A stretch of DNA of 64,000 bases from an uncultured Bdellovibrionales bacterium (GTDB taxonomy: Bacteria; Bdellovibrionota; Bdellovibrionia; Bdellovibrionales; UBA1609): positions 4,084 through 68,083 of the forward strand of contig CALLAU010000003.1 of assembly GCA_938002015.1 (NCBI GenBank), given 5' to 3'. This document shows positions 49,559 through 58,596 of the stretch, one piece after another. The notes beneath the pieces were generated by a model, which saw only the letters and a list, made by a program, of their open reading frames with translations, was not told the DNA's origin and did not search any database. Numbering within the stretch: the first letter of the stretch is position 1; every line of letters starts with the position of its first letter. Position numbers and translations under genes: made by a program.

Positions 49559-50188
49559 TTATAAATTAAAGTAGTCTTTAATACCAAACAGAACTGAGTT
49601 AGCAGCAATTGAAGCTAGAATAAGTCCCATTACTTTACTAATAACAATCGCTCCAGTTTTTCCAATTCTTTTATTAATAGGCTTAGAAAAATACATCAGA
49701 AGAAAATTGATTGCTAAAATAAAAGCCATAATTAAAGCTGTCGTTGCCTGGTCAACTAATGAGTGTCTTGAATTATCTGTTAAAAACACAACTGCTAAAA
49801 TTGCTCCGGGGCCTGCTATTGATGGAATGGCAAGAGGGAAAATCGCAGTTTCAGAGGCATCCTTTACCATATTGATTTCTTCCTCTGGTTTACTGTCTCC
49901 AAAAATCATATTTAATGCGAATAAGAATAGAATAATACCACCAGAAATTTGAAATGCAGAGAGAGGAACTCCGACATAGCGGAGCAAGATTTCACCAACA
50001 ACCAAGAAAAACAACAAAATAAAGAAGGCCGTAATACTCGCAGACTTTGCAATTTTAACTTTATCTAAATCACTATAGCCCTTAGTAACTGCAAGAAAGA
50101 CTGGCAGAGTTCCTACTGGGTCTATAGCGGCCCAAAGAACAACAAAACTACTTACTATTGTATCTATATCAATAGCTACTATATTCAT
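49559..50188 (-). CDS. MarC-family membrane protein
   Basis: IDPVG, GGIILF, FPLAIPSIAGPG. Confidence 0.92.
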   Translation of the reverse strand: MNIVAIDIDTIVSSFVVLWAAIDPVGTLPVFLAVTKGYSDLDKVKIAKSASITAFFILLFFLVVGEILLRYVGVPLSAFQISGGIILFLFALNMIFGDSKPEEEINMVKDASETAIFPLAIPSIAGPGAILAVVFLTDNSRHSLVDQATTALIMAFILAINFLLMYFSKPINKRIGKTGAIVISKVMGLILASIAANSVLFGIKDYFNL

Positions 50189-50265
50189 TTAAAAAACTTC
50201 CTTACAATCTTAATGTATTAAGACTAGAGTGTATCAAAACATAAATCAAACAGAGGACTTTAAAA

Positions 50266-50805
50266 TTGAAAGACGACGTATCCATAGCCCAGTCAGTAGC
50301 AGTACTCATAGACGGTAATAATATCGAAAGAAGCCTACATGAGGTTTATAAAACAAAGTCAGCAATGCTAAACTTTGACACTCTGATTCCAAGGCTTATT
50401 CAAAAAAGAGGCTTAAATAGACTTATATACTTTAGAGAAGGGAAGAATATTTCATCAAAACTTGCTGAAAGACTTCATGAAAATTTTTATGGAGCAGTTA
50501 GACCATGTCACAAATCTGCCGACATACCTCTTTCAATTAAAGCCACACAGTTATCTAGTAAAGTGGATACTATCATCATCTTATCAGGAGACTCAGACTA
50601 TATTGAAACTGTTAGGCACTTAAAAGCAGAAGGGGTTCGCGTTGAGATTTGTGCAGTAAAAGAGACTACTGCAAAAATTCTAGAAGAAGAATGTGATTAC
50701 TTTCACCCTATTTTAAAAGAAGATTGCTTTATCTACAGTACAGGAAAAAAGAAAAAAACTACGTCTAAAGCTAAAACTCAGAAGAAAAGAGCTACAAAAC
50801 AGTAG
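50266..50805 (+). CDS. NYN (LabA/DUF88) domain protein
   Basis: LIDGNN, K.AD, LSGDSDY, G.RVE. Confidence 0.9.
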   Translation: MKDDVSIAQSVAVLIDGNNIERSLHEVYKTKSAMLNFDTLIPRLIQKRGLNRLIYFREGKNISSKLAERLHENFYGAVRPCHKSADIPLSIKATQLSSKVDTIIILSGDSDYIETVRHLKAEGVRVEICAVKETTAKILEEECDYFHPILKEDCFIYSTGKKKKTTSKAKTQKKRATKQ

Positions 50806-50905
50806 TCATTTAACCATTAATCACTAAGCCTTAGTTCTATTTGAAATAAGGTTTATAAAGATTTCATTCATACAACAAAGATATCACTGATGAGAAATCA
50901 CTGAT

Positions 50906-52297
50906 ATGACTTTAAATATGGAATCTCAATTTTCAAAATTATCTTTAATAAATGAGCTCTTAGAGAGTCTATCAAACCTTGGCTATATGGACATGACTCC
51001 TATACAAGAAAAAAGCCTCCCTCTCATAATCAAAGGCAATGACGTTATTGCTCAAGCTAAAACTGGCTCTGGTAAAACTGCTGCTTTTGGCCTTGGAATT
51101 CTCAACTCTTTAAACACTTCCTCTAATAACCTTCATAGCCTCATACTCTGCCCAACTCGAGAACTTGCAGAACAGGTGGCTAGTGAGCTTCGTAAATTAT
51201 CAAGAGCACTTCCTAACGTTAAAATTCTGACTCTATGTGGTGGATCCCCTGAAAACTTACAAGATAGGTCTTTAAAATCAGGTGTACATATTGCTATAGG
51301 AACACCTGGAAGAGTGCTTCAACACCTTAAAAAAGGTAGCTTAAATTTAGACAGTCTAAACATTTTCACTCTTGATGAAGCTGATAGAATGCTTGATATG
51401 GGTTTTGAAGAAGAGCTTAATGAAATTATAAGCCATCTTCCAAAAAAGAAGCAAAGCCTTCTCTTCTCTGCCACTTACCCTGAAAATATAGCCTCTTTAA
51501 GTGAGCGATTTCAAAAAGATGCTCTTAAAGTTCAAATAGACACCACTCACGAAGAAAGTAATATTGAAGAAATTTTCTATGAAGTCTCACCAACTCAAGA
51601 TAAAAACAATATTCTTTATAAAATATTAAGTTCTTCTAAACCAAAAAGAGTTATTGTGTTTTGTAGAACAAAAAAAGAAACCGCTGATGTTGCAGATTTT
51701 CTTTTAAACAGAAACATCAAAGCTAAGTGTATTAACGGAGATTTAGAGCAAAACGAAAGAAATGAGGTTTTAGCTAAATTTTCAAATCGCAGTCTCTCTA
51801 TTTTAGTTGCTACAGATGTAGCAGCTCGCGGTCTAGACATAAAAGACTTAGAAGCTGTAATTAATTATAATATGCCTTCTGGTGCTGATGCTTATATTCA
51901 TAGAATTGGAAGAACAGGAAGAGCTGGTAAAAAAGGCCTTGCATTTAGTTTTTTTAATCCAGCTGAAGAGTTCAGACTTAATGAAATTAAAGATCTAACA
52001 AAAAAAGACTGTATTATAGAAGATCCTAAAAAACTTTCCTATAAAGAAAAATATAACCTCATACCACCAATGAAGACTATGTATATCAGTGGTGGCAAGA
52101 AGGATAAAATCAGAAAAGGTGATATCTTAGGAGCCTTAACAGGAGAGGCAAAGATGAAGTTTGAAGACATAGGAGAAATCCATATCTTTAATGCTTTTAG
52201 TTTTGTAGCTATTAAGAGAAAGAATATCGACCTTGCTATTAAAAGACTTAGTCAAGGCCGCATAAAAAAGAAGAAATTTAAAGTCGGACTAGCTTAG
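50906..52297 (+). CDS. dbpA: DEAD-box RNA helicase DbpA
   Basis: TGSGKT, PTRELA, DEAD, SAT, HRIGRTGR, C-terminal GGKKDKIR.GDILGAL RNA-binding domain. Confidence 0.93.
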   Translation: MTLNMESQFSKLSLINELLESLSNLGYMDMTPIQEKSLPLIIKGNDVIAQAKTGSGKTAAFGLGILNSLNTSSNNLHSLILCPTRELAEQVASELRKLSRALPNVKILTLCGGSPENLQDRSLKSGVHIAIGTPGRVLQHLKKGSLNLDSLNIFTLDEADRMLDMGFEEELNEIISHLPKKKQSLLFSATYPENIASLSERFQKDALKVQIDTTHEESNIEEIFYEVSPTQDKNNILYKILSSSKPKRVIVFCRTKKETADVADFLLNRNIKAKCINGDLEQNERNEVLAKFSNRSLSILVATDVAARGLDIKDLEAVINYNMPSGADAYIHRIGRTGRAGKKGLAFSFFNPAEEFRLNEIKDLTKKDCIIEDPKKLSYKEKYNLIPPMKTMYISGGKKDKIRKGDILGALTGEAKMKFEDIGEIHIFNAFSFVAIKRKNIDLAIKRLSQGRIKKKKFKVGLA

Positions 52298-52896
52298 TTT
52301 AGTGCTTTAATAATATCTTCTACTTGAGCTCTCACTTTATAATTTTCATTTACATATGAAAATGTGATCTTCCCCTGTTTATCAATGATAAATACTGCAG
52401 GAACAGCAATAATATGGTGTTGTTTTCCAGATGATTTTTCTAAATCAATTTTATAACTTTTCTTATATTTTTTAACCAAGTCTTCTGGGACTTTATAAGC
52501 AACATTGTATTTTTTAATGAGCTTAGCTTGAGAGTCGCTAACTACTCTCATTCCTAAGTCTTCCTTCTTTTGAGTTTTTAAAGCCTCATCTACTTTATCT
52601 ACACTTACTACTACTAACTGAGCTTTTTTCACTTTCACTACTGGAAGTACTTCAGCTTGTAGACTTCTAAGCTGAATATTACAGTATGGACACCAACCAC
52701 CACGGTAAAATACTAGTACAACCTCTCCTTTTTTAATCTCATCTTCTAGTTTAAAGGCTTCACCCTTAATATCCTTAACACTAAAGGCAGGAGCCTGATT
52801 ACCTATAGAAATACCTAGTGATTTTTGCTTAGCTAAAGCCAGATTTGATGAAAAGAAACTAAAAGAAAGTATCGTGAAAGTTAAAAACTGAATCAT
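52294..52896 (-). CDS. Exported peroxiredoxin-like (AhpC/TSA) protein
   Basis: Signal peptide, FYRGGWCPYC. Confidence 0.9.
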   Translation of the reverse strand: MIQFLTFTILSFSFFSSNLALAKQKSLGISIGNQAPAFSVKDIKGEAFKLEDEIKKGEVVLVFYRGGWCPYCNIQLRSLQAEVLPVVKVKKAQLVVVSVDKVDEALKTQKKEDLGMRVVSDSQAKLIKKYNVAYKVPEDLVKKYKKSYKIDLEKSSGKQHHIIAVPAVFIIDKQGKITFSYVNENYKVRAQVEDIIKALN

Positions 52897-53234
52897 TTAA
52901 AAAAATCTCCATCTATTTTTCATATAATCAAAAGATGAGTCTAACTCTAAAAACTCTGTATTCAAAAATGGTATAAATTTACACACCATTTTGGCATTAA
53001 TATACAACAGATTATATGTCTTCTGTTTAATCACTCAGGTCTATGGTCATATTTTTATAAATTTATTATCCAGCATACACTTAAGAGTTGATTAATAGAC
53101 TGGCCATGCTAATTCCTTAAATACTCAACTAGTGGTTTCTCTAAGAAAGAATAAGCTTAGCTCTGTATTTGTTATTACTCATTTTCCTTTTTTGGCCTAC
53201 AAGCCAGAAAAAGCTTAGTTTTTAAAGGGTTTCT

Positions 53235-54848
53235 ATGGAATCAGGTGTTCAACTCGTATCAAAATCTCAAGGTAGTGTCCAAAACGATGTTTTCTCAGGC
53301 ATAACAGTTGCCTTAGCACTTGTCCCTGAAGCTGTTGCTTTTGCTTTTGTTGCTGGCGTTTCCCCAATTGTAGGTCTTTACGGAGCATTTATGATGTGTC
53401 TTCTCACTGCTGTCTTAGGTGGGAGGCCCGGCATGATTTCTGGCGCCACAGGAGCAATGGCCGTTGTTATGGTACACTTAGTGTCTGAAGGTAACTCCTT
53501 AGGGGGAGGCTCTTCATCTGGTGTTGAGTACCTTTTTATAACTCTCTTACTCGTTGGGTTTTTGCAAATATTAGCTGGAGTTTTTCGTTGGGGTAAGTTT
53601 ATTAGACTTGTTCCTCAACCTGTAATGATGGGCTTTGTAAATGGCCTTGCTATTGTCATATTCTTATCTCAAATGGGAATGTTTAAAGTTCAAGGGGTCT
53701 GGATCTCGGGAAATGATCTTTATACAATGCTTGGGCTTGTAGGTTTTACACTTTCTCTACTTTTCCTTATTCCGTTTGTTCATAAAAAAGCTCCTGGAGC
53801 ACTAATATCTATTATGGTCGTTACAGGAATTGTAGTTTATTTTAAAATCGATACAGCAACTGTACTTTCTTTTATTCAAAGCAATGGCGGGAGCGGAATT
53901 AAAGGAACACTCCCCCACTTCTCACTCCCTTCAGTCCCCTTTAACCTAGAAACGCTTTATTTTATTACTCCATACGCTTTTATTCTAGCAGCTATTGGCC
54001 TTATTGAATCCCTTATGACTCTTAACCTTATTGATGAGCTTACAGGGACTAGAGGCAATGGAAATAAAGAATGTATGGCTCAAGGCTTTGCAAACTTTGT
54101 TAATGGTCTTTTTGGCGGTATGGGTGGCTGTGCTATGATTGGCCAAAGTATTATCAACATCACCTCTGGAGGAAGAGGAAGGCTTTCTGGAATAGTAGCC
54201 TCTCTAGCTCTTCTTATTTTTATTCTCTTTACATCAACTTATATTGAGGCCGTACCTATAGCAGCGCTTGTTGGAGTAATGTTCTTTGTGGTTTTTAAAA
54301 CTTTTGCTTGGAATACTTTTAATATTATAAACAAAGCTCCTAAATGGGATATTGCAGTTATAGTCATTGTAACAGCTTTAACAGTAATTTTTGATTTAGC
54401 TATAGCAGTAATTGCTGGAGTTATTATTTCAGCTCTTCTTTTTTCTTGGGAAAACGCCTTAAGAATTAGAGTAAGAAAATCTGTTGATGAAAAAGGAATT
54501 AAACATTACGAAGTTTTTGGCCCTCTCTTTTTTGGCTCTACAAGTCTTTTCCTAACTAAGTTTGAAATTGATAAAGATCCCAAAGAAGTGATTATAGACT
54601 TTAAAGAGTCTAGAATTATGGATCTTTCAGCAATTGAAGCAATTAATAAAATTGCTGAAATGTATCAACTTCAAGGCAAAAACATTCACCTTAGACACTT
54701 AAGCAAAGATTGCACCAAGCTCATTAAAAAGGCTGAAAAAATATGCGATGTAAATGTTTTAGAGGACCCTGACTATTTTATTAGTGTGGATGACTACAGG
54801 GAACTTAAAGATAGTCTAAAAGTTAAGGGTAACGGCAAAAGCTCTTAA
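53235..54848 (+). CDS. SulP-family anion transporter with STAS domain
   Basis: ALVPEAVAF, GGRPGMISG, GGCAMIGQS, GPLFF, D.SA. Confidence 0.94.
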   Translation: MESGVQLVSKSQGSVQNDVFSGITVALALVPEAVAFAFVAGVSPIVGLYGAFMMCLLTAVLGGRPGMISGATGAMAVVMVHLVSEGNSLGGGSSSGVEYLFITLLLVGFLQILAGVFRWGKFIRLVPQPVMMGFVNGLAIVIFLSQMGMFKVQGVWISGNDLYTMLGLVGFTLSLLFLIPFVHKKAPGALISIMVVTGIVVYFKIDTATVLSFIQSNGGSGIKGTLPHFSLPSVPFNLETLYFITPYAFILAAIGLIESLMTLNLIDELTGTRGNGNKECMAQGFANFVNGLFGGMGGCAMIGQSIINITSGGRGRLSGIVASLALLIFILFTSTYIEAVPIAALVGVMFFVVFKTFAWNTFNIINKAPKWDIAVIVIVTALTVIFDLAIAVIAGVIISALLFSWENALRIRVRKSVDEKGIKHYEVFGPLFFGSTSLFLTKFEIDKDPKEVIIDFKESRIMDLSAIEAINKIAEMYQLQGKNIHLRHLSKDCTKLIKKAEKICDVNVLEDPDYFISVDDYRELKDSLKVKGNGKSS

Positions 54849-54930
54849 AAAAAAACCTTATTTACTTTCGTTAAGATCAAATCTCCTTTAATATACTTCT
54901 TTATAATTAAAAAAAGGATATTAAAAAGGC

Positions 54931-55791
54931 GTGAGAAGTATTTATTTAGATGAAATTAAAAAAACCTCTGTAAAAATCTCTTGCCTTCATATACTTAGTA
55001 CAGGCTTTACTAAAATTTTCCCTCGCTTAAGTAGTAAGTTCTTTTTAAAACTCCTTTGCTCTCCAAGAAGCAGAAGAGAGTATGAGCTTAGAACTAAAAA
55101 AAACCCCAAAATTCATAAAGTTAAAACAAAAATGGGAGAGGTTTGTCTTTATCGCTTTGGAAATGGACCAAAAAATATATTTTTAACTCACGGCTGGGCT
55201 GATAGCACAAGACGCTTTACAAGCCTGATTGATAAGCTTCTTCTTAATGACAATCTAAGTGTTTGGTCTCTTGATCATATTGGACATGGGAAGTCTGATG
55301 GAAACCTTGCTCACTTATTTGGGTTCATTGATGGCTTAGATAAAAGTATTAAATTTATTAATTCTAAAGGTTTTAAGGTAGACACCTTTATTTCTCATTC
55401 AATGGGAGGTTTAGCTCTTCTTAATCTAGAAGAAGAAAAACTTAAAAGCTCAAATAAAATTATTATTTCTTCTCCTTCTAAGTTTTTTGAATTTATGTTT
55501 AAAAGAATCTCCTCTATTGGCGTCTCCCCTTACACATTAAATAATTTATTAACTAAAATTTCATTTCAATACGGTACAGACTGGAACTCTCTATCTCCTG
55601 ATCAAAATACCCATAAAATAAACTCTAGCTTTTTATTTATTCACGATGAAGATGATGAAGTTTGCTCTATTAAAAACCTTAAAAATCTTATTAAAAATAA
55701 AGAACATCGTTTTTTTTCAACTAAAGGACTTGGACATTTAAAGATATTAAAAGATGAGAGTGTTTTAGATAGAATCTTTAAAGAGGTTTAA
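54931..55791 (+). CDS. Alpha/beta hydrolase
   Basis: HGW, SHSMGG, HDEDD, GLGH. Confidence 0.88.
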   Translation: MRSIYLDEIKKTSVKISCLHILSTGFTKIFPRLSSKFFLKLLCSPRSRREYELRTKKNPKIHKVKTKMGEVCLYRFGNGPKNIFLTHGWADSTRRFTSLIDKLLLNDNLSVWSLDHIGHGKSDGNLAHLFGFIDGLDKSIKFINSKGFKVDTFISHSMGGLALLNLEEEKLKSSNKIIISSPSKFFEFMFKRISSIGVSPYTLNNLLTKISFQYGTDWNSLSPDQNTHKINSSFLFIHDEDDEVCSIKNLKNLIKNKEHRFFSTKGLGHLKILKDESVLDRIFKEV

Positions 55792-55799
55792 AAAAGTTT

Positions 55800-56333
55800 G
55801 TGATTGATTATAAAGGTATGAAAATATTAAAATCTACTCTTCAAAAAAATATTGATTCACTTGAGAATAAATCAATTTTAAAAAGAATTGCAACGCGTGC
55901 GATAATATTAAATGAAAACAAAATCTTACTTCTTTATACTAAAAGATATGATGACTACAGTTTACCTGGAGGCGGTGTAGATAAAGGTGAAAGTATTCAA
56001 GAAGGTCTCATAAGAGAAGTACACGAAGAAACCGGGGCCAAGAACATTAGAAATATTAAACCTTTTGGCATATATGAAGAGTATCGCTCTTGGTATAAAC
56101 CAGAACATGATATCTTACATATGCTCTCATACTGTTTTACTTGTGATATTGATTCTAAACTTGGCGAAACAAAGTATGAAAGCTATGAAGTAAATAACGG
56201 AATGAAGCCTGTTTGGGTAGATATTAATAAAGCTATTAAGCATAATGAAAATATAATTACTTCAAGTGAAAAAAAGGGGCTTTCTATTGAACGAGAAACT
56301 TTTTTACTCAAACTTATTAAAGCTCAAGTCTAG
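55800..56333 (+). CDS. NUDIX hydrolase
   Basis: PGGGVDKGE...REVHEETG Nudix box. Confidence 0.93.
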   Translation: MIDYKGMKILKSTLQKNIDSLENKSILKRIATRAIILNENKILLLYTKRYDDYSLPGGGVDKGESIQEGLIREVHEETGAKNIRNIKPFGIYEEYRSWYKPEHDILHMLSYCFTCDIDSKLGETKYESYEVNNGMKPVWVDINKAIKHNENIITSSEKKGLSIERETFLLKLIKAQV

Positions 56334-57438
56334 CTCCCTCTGTTATTTGAAATAACTTTTCGTTTATAAACACAAGCGCTTCTCTGTCAGGAACTATTCC
56401 GAATTCATCTTGATATTCAGCTGAAACTATTTCTAGTAATTGATTTTTAAATTCCGATGAAAAACTCTGACTTAAATCAGTGCCATAGCTTGTATTAATT
56501 AGATCCGCTAGCTCTGGCCACACGTTAATAAATAAAGCCGCTCCTACAACATAAGGAAAAATACGATTTATCCATCTATTATAATGCTCGAATTTAAACA
56601 CTAAACTAAATTGCTTGCTAAGCTCTTCTTGATCACCAACTTCAAGAATATTTCCTTCAAAAAATCTATCAAAGTTCTTTTTAACTTTTGGATAATCAAA
56701 TAAGCTAAATCTAGGGTAAAAACCAGGAAAATAGATCGCTCTAATATTTAAAAAATTTACTCCTAAAACAGATGCCCAGTAAAAGTATCTTCTTGCCTTA
56801 AAAAGACCCGAAACCCCACCTTCAGATATATAAGCTTTTAAAGACTTTCCATAAAGCTGGCCCTCCCATCTTAGTCTTGCAAGTTTTTTAAGACCTGATA
56901 AGTTCTCACCACTGTTAATACTTACGGACTGTCCATTTAAGTAGATTAAGTCCATAACTTTTAAGTATGCGTCTTTATTTAAAACTTCCCCTTTTGGCCA
57001 CCTACTCACAGCTTGAATAAGAGCTTTTGTTCTTTTTTTCCTAAGAAATTTAATGTAGCCAGCATCAGACATGTCAGTTCTATACTCTCTTAATAAAATT
57101 TCTCTAGCCTCTAGGTAGGAGATTCTATCTTCATTTGTTTGAAGCTCATCAAGAAGCCCTCCCTCACTTATCTCTTTATTTTTTAACCGAGTAACAAAAT
57201 CCTCTACTTTAGAATCAATTAAGTTTTGATCTACTCCGCCAACTAGTCTTGGAATAGGGTCAAAAAAGAACTTTGGAAGCTTAGAGCGTGTGTTTTGATA
57301 TCTATTCAACACAAGGCTTAACGCAGATTTTTTATGAACACTTAATACACTTTTACAGGTTATTTGAGTCGCTGAAGCCCCTGGCAAATAGCCAAAACCT
57401 AAAAGTAAACAAAAAATAAGTGTTTTTCTAAACATCAA
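56317..57438 (-). CDS. Hypothetical exported protein with two internal hydrophobic helices
   Basis: Signal peptide ending ASA, then TQITCKSVL; no family recognised. Confidence 0.72.
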   Translation of the reverse strand: MMFRKTLIFCLLLGFGYLPGASATQITCKSVLSVHKKSALSLVLNRYQNTRSKLPKFFFDPIPRLVGGVDQNLIDSKVEDFVTRLKNKEISEGGLLDELQTNEDRISYLEAREILLREYRTDMSDAGYIKFLRKKRTKALIQAVSRWPKGEVLNKDAYLKVMDLIYLNGQSVSINSGENLSGLKKLARLRWEGQLYGKSLKAYISEGGVSGLFKARRYFYWASVLGVNFLNIRAIYFPGFYPRFSLFDYPKVKKNFDRFFEGNILEVGDQEELSKQFSLVFKFEHYNRWINRIFPYVVGAALFINVWPELADLINTSYGTDLSQSFSSEFKNQLLEIVSAEYQDEFGIVPDREALVFINEKLFQITEGARLEL

Positions 57439-57498
57439 CTTAACAGTTATGAGGAGCTTCTTAAAAGCTCGGGCTCTTCCTTTCTTCAGAAAGAATAC

Positions 57499-57514
57499 TG
57501 CAAATTTAGAGCCA
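57499..57514 (-). promoter_or_regulatory. Sigma-54 (-24/-12) promoter
   Basis: Minus strand TGGCTCTAAATTTGCA = TGGC-N7-TTGCA with exact GG-N10-GC spacing. Confidence 0.72.
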
Positions 57515-57557
57515 AATTGGTTTCTAAATTAATCTCTATAAGCTTTTTTAATAACTT

Positions 57558-58421
57558 TTAAAAAATCTTAAACTTGATTTTAGCTACTGCCGCCAATGCA
57601 CTCATTAAAAGAACAACACTCTCTGGAACAGGTGTTTTAGCTATATCTTCATCAGGATCTGTCGGATCGTCTTTAGGGTCTTTTACAATAATAACAATAG
57701 GGTCTTCAGGGTCATCAGTAACAATTATTATTGGAGGAAGGGGATCGTCTGTCGTAGTAAATATCGTTATTGGAGGGTTTGTTATAACCCCAGTGGTTGG
57801 ATTACCTGGGTTATTTGGGTGGTAAGGGTTAGCCGGAGTGCTTGGAGAACCAGGCCCTACAGGATTTGTAGGCGTTCCACCACCAGAAGAACCTGGAGGG
57901 GCTGGTGCTGGCGGCACAGGAAAATCTTCAAGGTCTTCTTCTGGAGCCCAAAACGATGGGCAAAATTCAGAGTTTTCAAGAAGGTAATCTAACTCATCTT
58001 TAGGGAGAAGAAGCTCATCTATATCAACCATGGTCTCATCATCAAGAACTCTAGGACTGTTCTCACAAACATAATAGTTTCCATCTGGAGAGGCTCCTAT
58101 TTTGCTTACAGGTATAAACTCATCAAGTATTCCAACATAATAGCCGTTTTTATCTGCCACCATTTCATTGTTATCTCTATCAGGGTAAGTAGCTCCTTGG
58201 TCAACTTTAAGAATATGACCTCCAAGAAAATCATCTTCTGTAAGTAACCTGCACTCTACAGCTTCTTTACATCTTGTCGGAATAGGTTCAAAAGGATCGA
58301 TAACATCATCTGTACCTTTATTTACTGTTGCCGCTAGTGAGAAACTACTTATAAAAATGCTTGAAGCAATGACTAATTTTGACAAGTTTAAAGGTCTTAG
58401 TGACAATTTTAGTAAAAACAC
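57558..58421 (-). CDS. Exported acidic Pro-rich protein with PEP-CTERM-like tail
   Basis: Signal peptide, four Cys, Pro/Gly/Thr/Asp linker, ends PVPESVVLLMSALAAVAKIKFKIF. Confidence 0.72.
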   Translation of the reverse strand: MFLLKLSLRPLNLSKLVIASSIFISSFSLAATVNKGTDDVIDPFEPIPTRCKEAVECRLLTEDDFLGGHILKVDQGATYPDRDNNEMVADKNGYYVGILDEFIPVSKIGASPDGNYYVCENSPRVLDDETMVDIDELLLPKDELDYLLENSEFCPSFWAPEEDLEDFPVPPAPAPPGSSGGGTPTNPVGPGSPSTPANPYHPNNPGNPTTGVITNPPITIFTTTDDPLPPIIIVTDDPEDPIVIIVKDPKDDPTDPDEDIAKTPVPESVVLLMSALAAVAKIKFKIF

Positions 58422-58596
58422 GTGTGTAAACTCCTTTAGAGGGTAAATCCAGATACTATTTTTTAAGTCTACTTATACAAATACCATACCCATTTCTTCG
58501 TCAATTTCAGGCACCTCCTTAGGAAGATTTTACACCTTTAAATGCAGTCTAGAGCATATAAGGGGAATTTATGCTATTTTTAAGATCTAAATACCT

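Noticed and set aside
50883..50905. ATCACTGAT direct repeat before dbpA
   Set aside because: Only two short copies with no supporting context.
58476..58491. Sigma-54-like site upstream of the PEP-CTERM-like gene (GGGTATGGTATTTGTA)
   Set aside because: Has GT instead of the near-invariant GC at -12; too weak to call.
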